Virus record (IMG/VR): IMGVR_UViG_2802429241_000002
DNA length: 16,551 nucleotides
From: a virus
Taxonomy: Duplodnaviria; Heunggongvirae; Uroviricota; Caudoviricetes
Strand: one strand, 5' to 3'
Shown: piece after piece, positions 8,652 through 16,165 of the stretch
Layout: each line of letters begins with the position of its first letter
How positions within the stretch are numbered: position 1 is the stretch's first letter
Translations under genes and position numbers: made by a program
The notes under the pieces: model-generated
The model's input: only the letters and a program-made list of their open reading frames with translations
Told to the model about the DNA's origin: nothing
Databases searched by the model: none

Positions 8652-10160
8652 TTATTCTTCGGACTGGTCGTCGGTGTGCTGCGGCTCCTGTCGTTTCGTT
8701 GCGGCACTGCTGCCTCCTTTATCACTGGCCGGATCGGTATCAAATACCAGATCCAGCTTGCGGTTTTCATCAATTTCGGCCTTGCGCCGACGTTTGACAT
8801 CATCCGGATTACGACCACCTGCACGTACCCAGTCTGATTCTGTCGCCGCTCCACCACGAATCTGAATTTTCCAGGCCTCAGCCTCCTTAACAGGGTCAAT
8901 CCACGGCATCACCGGTCCGGAATACACCGCGGTATACAGTGAAGAACGGTCAAGATCGCGGGGTAGCCTGATAACACCGGATGCCACAGCCTGTTTCAGC
9001 CAGGCACGATACATCGGGCGGGTGACGGCACCAATAAACCAGTCCTGCAGGATCAGGTAGCCATCAGTAGACTCAACCAGTTCCTGACGCTGGGCGCTGT
9101 AAGTGCCGTTATAGTTGCGTGCTGTACTGGAAAAACTCAGACGACTGCCCGCCGCCACGGCACGCAACTGACCATTACGAAAAGTTTCAAGGTTAGGATT
9201 GGGGCGATCCGACTTCACCATTCCGATTTCTTCGCCGGGTTTCAGATCGTCGTAAATAATGCCTGGCTGAATGGTAAGCTCGCGTTCATTCTCCTTGCAG
9301 CCATTACCATCCGGTTCATAGCTCTGTCCGTCGCCTTTCCGGATGTACATCCCCAGAGCAGCGGCGATCCTTGCTGCAGTCAGCTCAGAATCTTCATACT
9401 CTTTCAGGGCACTGAGGCGGATCAGTACACCGGACAATAAAGACGTCCCGCGCATCTGGTGCAGACGGCGAACAAATTTAAGATGCAGCATTCGCTCTGC
9501 ATCCACTTCTTTGGTTTCCATCTGCCGTCCGGATACAGGACGGCTTTTATACACCAGATATTTTTCGGGACGCCCCCAGTCATCAACAAACACGCCCTGA
9601 TTCAGCCTGTTGCTCTCATCACTGGTCATGGGAATAAAGTCCGGCTCGAGCGCCTCCAGCCAGAAATGAACACCGGCAGAAGGCGTCAGGCTGTTTATGC
9701 GCCCGGAAACCATCTGGGCAAACACCTCACCATCGCGCAGCCAGGTACGCAGCATCAGACGTTCCAGCATCGGGCGGGTAAACTGCCCGGTGACTTCCGG
9801 ACTGACAGACCATTCACTCCATCGGGTGCGTATCTCCGCTGCCAGGTCACGGGCAATGGCCCCATTGCGTAATACCGGATGTGGCTCGACAATAATCCCG
9901 TTTTTCCCCACCACCCGTTCTTCCAGCTTGTCAAATACACCAATAACCAGATCGTGGTTGTTATCAAGGTAACGGGCCTGCTCACGTAACGACACGGCCC
10001 CGTACTGGCTTAACTGGTCGGCAGTTCGGTTTTCCCGCCGGGCTTTGTGTGTCCGCGTCGTTTTTACGGCCTCATAAGCCTGGATCACCGCACGGGAACG
10101 CAGCCTTGCCGCTTTCCATCCTGGTGAAAAAACGCCAATCACATCATCAAGAATAGCCAT
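8652..10160 (-). CDS. portal protein (~502 aa)
   Basis: Size and position (between gpW-like and prohead protease genes, downstream of terminase). Start at ATG 10160 (MAILDDVIG...) with GAGG SD and ATGA overlap with the W stop. Confidence 0.8.
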   Translation of the reverse strand: MAILDDVIGVFSPGWKAARLRSRAVIQAYEAVKTTRTHKARRENRTADQLSQYGAVSLREQARYLDNNHDLVIGVFDKLEERVVGKNGIIVEPHPVLRNGAIARDLAAEIRTRWSEWSVSPEVTGQFTRPMLERLMLRTWLRDGEVFAQMVSGRINSLTPSAGVHFWLEALEPDFIPMTSDESNRLNQGVFVDDWGRPEKYLVYKSRPVSGRQMETKEVDAERMLHLKFVRRLHQMRGTSLLSGVLIRLSALKEYEDSELTAARIAAALGMYIRKGDGQSYEPDGNGCKENERELTIQPGIIYDDLKPGEEIGMVKSDRPNPNLETFRNGQLRAVAAGSRLSFSSTARNYNGTYSAQRQELVESTDGYLILQDWFIGAVTRPMYRAWLKQAVASGVIRLPRDLDRSSLYTAVYSGPVMPWIDPVKEAEAWKIQIRGGAATESDWVRAGGRNPDDVKRRRKAEIDENRKLDLVFDTDPASDKGGSSAATKRQEPQHTDDQSEE

Positions 10161-10372
10161 CAGAACCTCGCCAGCCGGTACCCGGGATGCCCCCGTCGTC
10201 GTGTAATCAGAGCCGCAAGGCGGCGCTCCCACTCCTGCCGTCCCTGCCGGATCTCAGATAAGTTTTCCATGGTCATCTGCTGACCATTAAAGGTGACGGA
10301 TTTTCCGTCCAGCACCGCCATTTCAGCTTCCGTATAACGCTGAATCATGGCTTCGATATCATTCTGGTTCAT
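10160..10372 (-). CDS. W: head-tail joining / head completion protein, gpW-like (70 aa)
   Basis: MNQNDIEAMIQRYTEAEMAVLDGKSVTFNGQQMTMENLSEI...RRRGHPGY resembles lambda gpW (...RRRGPAGFYV). GGAGG SD 6 nt upstream of ATG 10372; ATGA overlap with terminase stop. Confidence 0.8.
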   Translation of the reverse strand: MNQNDIEAMIQRYTEAEMAVLDGKSVTFNGQQMTMENLSEIRQGRQEWERRLAALITRRRGHPGYRLARF

Positions 10373-12471
10373 AACCATCCTCCGGAAGTCAGCCAGGGGT
10401 TAACATCGTCAGTTACTGTTTTCTTCCGTTTTTGTTTTTTAACAGGCGTGGATACCGGTTCCGGTGAGGGTGACGGTTCGGTACTGTCCGGGACACACTC
10501 CAGCCAGGTTTCCCGGCTCGCCCACTCCGGTGTATCCGGCCAGCGGATCTTTTCGTATCCATGCAGAATGACCAGAGCCTCGGCATACACCATCAGGTCA
10601 AAAGCTTCGTTGGCACCGCGACCCGGCTTACTCCATTTCCCGTCACTGCTCCGCTCTTCATACGTCAGTTCGTCGTAAAACCAGCTCCCCAGCCAGTCAG
10701 GGAAATGCACATAGCCGGGACCTGGAGAGTCACGCCATAACGCGTTATTCACCCGGTCTTTCAGGGCATCCGTCTGAAGAAGCCAGAGCGGCACATCACC
10801 TGCGGCCTGCGCCCGTCGGCCCGTTCGTCCGGTGTTATCAGGGAATGTACGGGTGATCAGTTTTGCGCGCCGGATGCTGTCGCCCTTAAACAGGTAAATA
10901 CGTTTACCAAGGCCATCACGACGGCAACGACGCCAGAATTTATAGGCATTATCAGTGACCCCGTCTTCACCGCCGGAGTCCACCGCCATTGCCATCAGTC
11001 GCATTTGTTGAGAAGGATCGGAGGCCAGCGGCCAGCTTTTATGAAAAACATCCGTCAGCAGGACATCCCAGTCTTCCGGATAGCTGGCCGGATCAATTCG
11101 CTGGCTCTCCCCGTCGCTGTCACCGCGCAATGACTGCGTGATGTTGTAACGATCAATAATCCAGCGTTCGCCACGGCTGCCATAGCCCGTTACCTGAACC
11201 ACAAAACGGCGATGACGTCCCGCCTGCACATCCACTGTCGCCACAAGGAAATTAACGCCATCCGGCACACTGCGGGAAGGAACTGGCTCTGCCCGCTGCT
11301 CAAGCAGTTCACTTTTTCGTTGCTCCATGCTGGCACGGGGAAGATAAGGTAATCCCCAGTCGGTATTGATAACCGTCTTGAGTGTTTCTTCACTTCCGGT
11401 TGTCTCGTATTCCTGTTCTGCAGTAAGCAGTTTGTAAACGAGTTGCGAGAGTGTCTGGTAAGCAGCTGCCGGACCCTCCATCCAGAATGACGCAATACGT
11501 GAGCGTCGGGGATCACCATAACGACTGCCATCCGCATTGATGGATTCACCATCCCGCAACCAGACCCCACGTCCGTTCAGCTCACGTTTTTGTTCAGGCA
11601 TAATCCGTCCTGAACAGGAAGGACACTGAATATAAGCCGCCTCACTTGCCAGCACGGGATCGGCAATATCACGGAAACCAGCAACCACATCGCCGCAGGG
11701 CTGAAAATACTCACCACAGTGTGGACAGGGCCAGTACCAGCGACGGCGATCACCACGGTTATAGAGCGACAGTATCCCCGTGGTTGGTGGAGCCTCATGC
11801 GGTGAAGTCCGTCGCCATTTCACATCCTTCACATCCCTGCCGGGGGAACTCTCCACCAGCGTCATACCACTGGACATAAATGTGGTGGTACGTTTTGAGG
11901 CAAGAGAGAAGGCATCCCCCTCGCCATCAATATCTTCCGGAAAACGGTCATAATCCGTCAGCGCCACGCATTTATAATCTGATGAGGACATGATATTGAC
12001 TGACGGCCAGCCGATTTTCAGGTAGTTGCCAGCAAGGAATGTTCTGTCATAAACGTTGTTGTCATTTTTGTTCGGACTCAGGCGACTGACCACTTCCGGG
12101 CTGACGCGAAACGTCCTGGCAAGTCGTTTTTTGGAGTGTTCGCGGGCTTTTTCCTCCGTCATCTGAATGATCAGCATATCCGCAGGATCGCAAATCACGT
12201 TGTAAATCACCCAGCCGTCAATCAGGCCGATAGTCTTGCCGGTTCGTGCCGGGCCAACAAATATCACTGCGTCGTATTCACGCGAGGCCAGGCAGTTCAT
12301 CGGCTCAATAACATACGGTGCCACCAGCGGATCCCACGGGACTGAGTTCCCGGCCCCCATGGGCACCCGCATATATTGAGCAACGGCATCAGCAACCCGC
12401 ATTCGTCTCGGTGCGCGAAGGATATAACCTGAATCGGTTCGTGCTGCCTTTGCGGTTTCCTGATTCAGCAT
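10369..12471 (-). CDS. A: terminase large subunit (gpA family), 700 aa
   Basis: Walker A-like VGPARTGKT near the N-terminus, zinc-ribbon-like CPHCGEYF...CPSCSGRI, gene order Nu1-A-W as in lambda; GGAGGAG SD. Confidence 0.9.
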   Translation of the reverse strand: MLNQETAKAARTDSGYILRAPRRMRVADAVAQYMRVPMGAGNSVPWDPLVAPYVIEPMNCLASREYDAVIFVGPARTGKTIGLIDGWVIYNVICDPADMLIIQMTEEKAREHSKKRLARTFRVSPEVVSRLSPNKNDNNVYDRTFLAGNYLKIGWPSVNIMSSSDYKCVALTDYDRFPEDIDGEGDAFSLASKRTTTFMSSGMTLVESSPGRDVKDVKWRRTSPHEAPPTTGILSLYNRGDRRRWYWPCPHCGEYFQPCGDVVAGFRDIADPVLASEAAYIQCPSCSGRIMPEQKRELNGRGVWLRDGESINADGSRYGDPRRSRIASFWMEGPAAAYQTLSQLVYKLLTAEQEYETTGSEETLKTVINTDWGLPYLPRASMEQRKSELLEQRAEPVPSRSVPDGVNFLVATVDVQAGRHRRFVVQVTGYGSRGERWIIDRYNITQSLRGDSDGESQRIDPASYPEDWDVLLTDVFHKSWPLASDPSQQMRLMAMAVDSGGEDGVTDNAYKFWRRCRRDGLGKRIYLFKGDSIRRAKLITRTFPDNTGRTGRRAQAAGDVPLWLLQTDALKDRVNNALWRDSPGPGYVHFPDWLGSWFYDELTYEERSSDGKWSKPGRGANEAFDLMVYAEALVILHGYEKIRWPDTPEWASRETWLECVPDSTEPSPSPEPVSTPVKKQKRKKTVTDDVNPWLTSGGWL

Positions 12472-12965
12472 TACTCCTCCTGCTGTAATTCCTCCTCATC
12501 ATCCGCACCTGCTTCGGTCACCCGCAGGGCTATCTGATCACGCAGATCATCAATAATGGACTGAACACGGCTCACAGCGGCAGGCTGCAGACCGCAGTCA
12601 CGTTCCAGAATATCCGGTAATGTCTCCAGCACCTGCACGACCGCTTTTGCCCAGATGGCAAACTCCCGTCTGACATCACTGGCCGGAATGAGTTGCGCCG
12701 TTTCCTGTTCGAACTTAAGACGCTCACGTTCAGACTGATACCAGGCTTTGCGCTCATGCGCGTCCATTTCGCCTTCTGCAACCGGCGGTGGTAATGCCAG
12801 AAATGCCGACACAATATCAACCACCCGATAAAGCTTGAGGTTGCTTTCATGCCCCCCTGCAACGGGTAGATTTTGCAGCCTTGCCGCAGCAGTCTGGCGA
12901 TGTACACCTGACAGTGCTGCCAGTTGACTGATATTCAGCGTCAGATTTTTTAACTCTCGATCCAT
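12471..12965 (-). CDS. Nu1: terminase small subunit (Nu1-like DNA-binding subunit), 164 aa
   Basis: N-terminal HTH-like segment (LNISQLAALSGVHRQTAAARL), acidic C-terminus, immediately upstream of and overlapping the large terminase; GGAG SD. Confidence 0.8.
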   Translation of the reverse strand: MDRELKNLTLNISQLAALSGVHRQTAAARLQNLPVAGGHESNLKLYRVVDIVSAFLALPPPVAEGEMDAHERKAWYQSERERLKFEQETAQLIPASDVRREFAIWAKAVVQVLETLPDILERDCGLQPAAVSRVQSIIDDLRDQIALRVTEAGADDEEELQQEE

Positions 12966-13099
12966 ACCCGCTCCGGAATGTTTTAAACATGCATCTTGCG
13001 AACAACTTTAGATAAATGGTGTTAGTGATGAACAAAAAACTATCAAAATCGACACCGGAAAAATAAAATTTCTTGAATATCAATTCATTACACTTGTGG

Positions 13100-13200
13100 T
13101 GATGACGAATGAAATTTCAAAAACTAGCCTTTTTCCGCGACGCTCCCGCCCCGTGGCAGGCCCCCCCTCCGGGAGGACCCGTCAGCCTGACAGCTCTGAC
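13100..13200 (-). other. candidate cos site (cosQ-cosN-cosB); putative cosN around 13140..13151
   Basis: Minus-strand sequence GACGGGTCCTCCCGGAGGGGGGGCCTGCCACG-GGGCGGGAGCGT-CGCGGAAAAAGG resembles my recollection of the lambda cos junction (GACGGGTCCTTTCCGGTGATCCGACAGGTTACG-GGGCGGCGACCT-CGCGGGTTTTCG); located upstream of Nu1 with an AT-rich cosB-like stretch between. Confidence 0.5.
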
Positions 13201-13604
13201 GAACGTCTGATACAACGCCCTGCATGAATGGCATCGGAATAATCCAGAAAGGCATAGCATCGTGCCCACAAGAATCTGTGTAAGTGTCCTGTTTCTTCCA
13301 TCCCCGCACAGGACTGGCGAGCATGAGGGGCAAACCCGCGAACCATAAACGCGCTAAAAACCCTGTGTGCATCGTTTTTGATTATTCCCGCACACTCGCG
13401 CAGAAGGAGTTCCCCGTCGGGCTACGGTCTCTGTTAATGGGGGAATACGGCGACGATACGGCGCACAGAAATAGATCAGAAATCTATTGCCCACAATCCA
13501 CATAAAGGCAATACATTGCATGAGCACAGGTAATCGCCTATGCTCATGTATTGGCATTCTTTTGCCGCCGGCGAATCTTCAGCGGATTATCCTTGGCCGG
13601 TTTT

Positions 13605-14069
13605 TTATCTGAGGCATTGCTCGCTAATATATAGCTGTGCCCCCTCCAGTTGTTTTTGCATCAATATCAGCCGCTCTCTGAGGGTGAAATAATCCCGTTC
13701 AGCGGTGTCTGCCAGTCGGGGGGAGGCTGCATTATCCACGCCGGAGGCGGTGGTGGCTTCACGCACTGACTGACAGACTGCTTTGATGTGCAACCGACGA
13801 CGACCAGCGGCAACATCATCACGCAGAGCATCATTTTCAGCTTTCGCATCAGCTAACTCCTTCGTGTATTTAGCATCGAGTGCATCAGCAGCACGCTGGC
13901 GCTGCTGCATGTCAGTAATGGTGGCGGTCACCTGCTTCAGCTCACTGACTTTTTTATCACGCTGTTCTTTGTAGGCGATGGCGTTATCACGGTAATGATT
14001 AACAGCCCATGACAGGCAGACGATGATGCAGATAGCCAGAGCATAAATAATCGCGGCAACTCTGCTCAC
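13605..14069 (-). CDS. Rz: i-spanin Rz
   Basis: ...[33 protein letters not shown]...[38 protein letters not shown]... is near-identical to lambda Rz. Probable GTG start at 14069 (MSRVAAII), overlapping the endolysin stop as GTGA; the track's start at 14084 is a TTG codon. Confidence 0.9.
   Translation of the reverse strand: MSRVAAIIYALAICIIVCLSWAVNHYRDNAIAYKEQRDKKVSELKQVTATITDMQQRQRAADALDAKYTKELADAKAENDALRDDVAAGRRRLHIKAVCQSVREATTASGVDNAASPRLADTAERDYFTLRERLILMQKQLEGAQLYISEQCLR
13667..13849 (-). CDS. Rz1: o-spanin Rz1 (lipoprotein), nested in the +1 frame of Rz
   Basis: [60 protein letters not shown] is near-identical to lambda Rz1, with lipobox (VVGC) and proline-rich region. Confidence 0.9.
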   Translation of the reverse strand: MRKLKMMLCVMMLPLVVVGCTSKQSVSQCVKPPPPPAWIMQPPPDWQTPLNGIISPSESG

Positions 14070-14599
14070 TGCTCTATCCCCCAACAGGCTAATACGCTTT
14101 CCTGGTCACGACGAATAACCTGACCGTAACAATTATTTGAACGAATGCGGCAATCACGTCCACCGTCCTTTATCCACCAGCGAATCGCCTCGCATGCGCC
14201 TTTACGATCACCGGCATTCAGCCGCTTATAAAACGTCGACGGAAAACACTTACCGGGGCCAATGTTATAGGGACAGAATGACGCGATACCGGCTTTCTGT
14301 GGCTCGGTCAGTGGAACTTTTATATTGCGCTCCACCCATGCCAGCGCCTTATCCCGCTCAATGGCGTTAACCTGGGCGCATTTTTCCTTCGACAGTTTCA
14401 TTCCCGGAATAACAGGTTTACCGTCCACCATCGTTGCTCCCCGACAGATGGTCCATATGCCGGAGCCATCGCGGTATGCAGTGGTGTGATTCCCCTCTTT
14501 TTCATCCAGAAACTGATCGAGAATGTCAGGGGCAGGAGCACTGGCGGCAATCAGAGCCAGAACAGCAGCCGACAGGCTGTATCTGATTTTTACGTTCAT
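14066..14599 (-). CDS. R: endolysin (T4-lysozyme-like fold) with N-terminal SAR/signal-anchor domain
   Basis: Catalytic spacing E-8aa-D-5aa-T ([16 protein letters not shown]); weakly hydrophobic Ala/Ser-rich N-terminus ([18 protein letters not shown]); resembles the phage 21/Stx-phage lysozyme type. No recognisable SD upstream. Confidence 0.9.
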   Translation of the reverse strand: MNVKIRYSLSAAVLALIAASAPAPDILDQFLDEKEGNHTTAYRDGSGIWTICRGATMVDGKPVIPGMKLSKEKCAQVNAIERDKALAWVERNIKVPLTEPQKAGIASFCPYNIGPGKCFPSTFYKRLNAGDRKGACEAIRWWIKDGGRDCRIRSNNCYGQVIRRDQESVLACWGIEQ

Positions 14600-14712
14600 G
14601 GATATTTATCAGGATTTATCGGCTTCAAATCCCCGGATATGTTAAATCTTACCTCGCCAGTGATGGGCACTGGCGGGAGGAGGATGTCAATCTGATAAAC
14701 ACAGAGGTGACT

Positions 14713-14973
14713 ATGGATTACACAAATCTACCAAAACAAACTTTTGCTGATTTAATCGCACTCAGGCAAGCAGTCGTAGCTCTAATCAACTTGTTGCCGG
14801 AGAAGGAAAAGGAATTAGTTAAAGCGCTTCTTAACAGAACTGCCGCCGATTTTTCATCATATCCACTGACAGATGACCTTGCGGACCTTCCTGAATTAAT
14901 TGCAGCGTCCGCCATTAAGCTTACTGAAGAGATTTACCCTCCTCAAAAATCTTCACAAAATTCCTGCGAGTAA
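14713..14973 (+). CDS. hypothetical protein (86 aa), plus-strand moron inserted in the lysis cassette
   Basis: ATG 14713 preceded by GAGGTG SD; AT-rich with rare codons (CTA, AGG, AGA); followed by a strong intrinsic terminator on the same strand. No recognisable family. Confidence 0.6.
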   Translation: MDYTNLPKQTFADLIALRQAVVALINLLPEKEKELVKALLNRTAADFSSYPLTDDLADLPELIAASAIKLTEEIYPPQKSSQNSCE

Positions 14974-15472
14974 CTTCAATGCAATAATCGTAAAACGCCG
15001 CAAACTGCTCATCGCGGCGTTTTTTTTCATCTTCAGAAGGAATAAGCACCGACAATTTTTTATTCAGATCAGCGACGCTGCCCTCCTGTTTTTCAATGAG
15101 CGATTCAATGTCATCTTTTTCTGACCGCAATGCCGTCGGTGGCGTCTTCAGAGAACCAGTAATTCTTCCCGGTAGCTTTCCTTTGTAGGTTATCCACACA
15201 TTCTGCGCCTCTAAAATTATGGGGCGCTTTTCCGGCGACTGCTCATCCCCTTCACATAACCCGGCAGCAACATCCAGGAATACCTGTCTGATTCTCATTC
15301 TGGCTGCTGCCTCATAAAACTCCAGTGCAGCACCTTCAACACGATCCATAGTGATATCCAGCTCAAAAATCTCACCGTCAAAGCGTTCTTTGTCCTGTAA
15401 GGCTAAAGTTACCGTAACTTTATGCTCAAAATTACGGACTCCTTTCACAACCAGTTCATAGTCTTGAGTCAT
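14921..15472 (-). CDS. hypothetical acidic protein (183 aa) between holin and endolysin
   Basis: ATG 15472 lies 4 nt after the holin stop with SD (GAGGAGAG) inside the holin 3' end, suggesting translational coupling; no TM segments or recognisable motifs. Confidence 0.65.
   Translation of the reverse strand: MTQDYELVVKGVRNFEHKVTVTLALQDKERFDGEIFELDITMDRVEGAALEFYEAAARMRIRQVFLDVAAGLCEGDEQSPEKRPIILEAQNVWITYKGKLPGRITGSLKTPPTALRSEKDDIESLIEKQEGSVADLNKKLSVLIPSEDEKKRRDEQFAAFYDYCIEVTRRNFVKIFEEGKSLQ
14992..15027 (+). terminator. intrinsic terminator for the plus-strand 86-aa gene (stem CGCCGC/GCGGCG followed by T8)
   Basis: GC-rich hairpin and T8 run read directly; lies inside the coding region of the convergent 183-aa minus-strand ORF. 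Confidence 0.65.
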
Positions 15473-15476
15473 TGGA

Positions 15477-15692
15477 TTACTCTCCTCTCGCAGCCTTACG
15501 CCTGTCTTCTTTAATCTTGAAATAAAGATTTGTCAGATACGTCAGCAGGCCAAAAACCAGGCTACCCAGCACACCGATTGCAGCCCACTGTGACGGAGTT
15601 ACTTTATCGAGTAACTGCAATGCCCAGAAACCAGCATTACCCGCCGATGTGCCATAGGCAACACCTGTTGTTAACTTATCCATTGATTTCAT
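15477..15692 (-). CDS. S: class II pinholin/antiholin (phage 21 S-like), dual-start MKSMDK
   Basis: [71 protein letters not shown] closely matches phage 21 S (two TMDs, C-terminal ...[13 protein letters not shown]) with the two in-frame starts 71/68. Confidence 0.92.
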   Translation of the reverse strand: MKSMDKLTTGVAYGTSAGNAGFWALQLLDKVTPSQWAAIGVLGSLVFGLLTYLTNLYFKIKEDRRKAARGE

Positions 15693-15911
15693 ATCCTCAC
15701 CCCGATGTACACGGATGGTGCAATATGTTTGAAAATATCGGAGTCTACGGGGTAGTTTTTACAGCACACGTTGTTCTCAACGGCGCTAAAAAAACATACA
15801 CATTAAAAATGTGGTTAATTATTTTGAAAGAAAATCATATATTAATTAATAATACGAGAAATGTTTTCATATTTAGTGTACTGTATACGGCCATTTATAC
15901 AGGAAAAGCCT

Positions 15912-16082
15912 ATGTCAGAACGTAAAGACTCAAAATCACGCCGTAATTATCTCGTTAAATGTTCCTGCCCAAACTGCACCCAAGAGTCAGAACACAGTTT
16001 TTCAAGAGTACAAAAAGGTGCCCTTTTGATCTGCCCTCATTGCAACAAAGTATTCCAGACAAATCTTAAAGCTGTAGCCTGA
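15912..16082 (+). CDS. small zinc-ribbon protein (56 aa; CxCxxC ... CxxC), function unknown
   Basis: ATG 15912 with AGGA SD; MSERKDSKSRRNYLVKCSCPNCTQESEHSFSRVQKGALLICPHCNKVFQTNLKAVA; AT-rich upstream region. Possibly related to small prophage-encoded putative zinc-binding proteins of E. coli (from memory, unverified). Confidence 0.55.
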   Translation: MSERKDSKSRRNYLVKCSCPNCTQESEHSFSRVQKGALLICPHCNKVFQTNLKAVA

Positions 16083-16142
16083 TTGATTTTATTCGCAACA
16101 AGTATTTTTTTATATTTTAATAATATATTTAAAGCAGATAAT

Positions 16143-16165
16143 AAAAAACCCGCCTGAGCGGGTTT
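16143..16165. terminator. bidirectional intrinsic terminator (AAAAAACCCGC-CUGA-GCGGGUUU)
   Basis: Stem flanked by an A-run on one side and T-run on the other; the minus-strand reading gives stem + UUUUUUAUUAU (strong); the plus-strand T tract is weaker. Confidence 0.6.

Noticed and set aside
8638-8899. Upstream N-terminal extensions suggested by the ORF track (capsid fusion to 8899, portal to 10232, V to 5036, H to 3491, G to 4199, Rz to 14084)
   Set aside because: Each extension overlaps the preceding gene and/or lacks an SD, whereas an internal ATG/GTG with an SD or a 4-nt overlap matches the lambda homolog N-terminus; the Rz track start is a TTG codon.
12847-13083. 78-aa minus-strand ORF overlapping the Nu1 start
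   Set aside because: Overlaps the well-supported Nu1 start and the AT-rich cosB-like region; no SD.
13124-13505. ORFs 13124..13372 (-), 13284..13505 (+) and 13354..13557 (-) in the Rz-cos interval
   Set aside because: Mutually overlapping, no SDs, translations without recognisable features; 13124..13372 would run through the putative cosN. Not a Bor-like lipoprotein (no signal peptide or lipobox).
14718-14915. 65-aa minus-strand ORF
   Set aside because: Lies antisense to the better-supported plus-strand 86-aa gene (which has an SD and a terminator); no SD of its own.
15693-15860. Specific sigma70 promoter call for the holin (late pR'-like) on the minus strand
   Set aside because: Candidate -35/-10 hexamers (e.g. 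TTGAGA ... TAAAAA) have poor spacing; the true late promoter is probably beyond the window next to the Q gene, so no promoter is asserted here.
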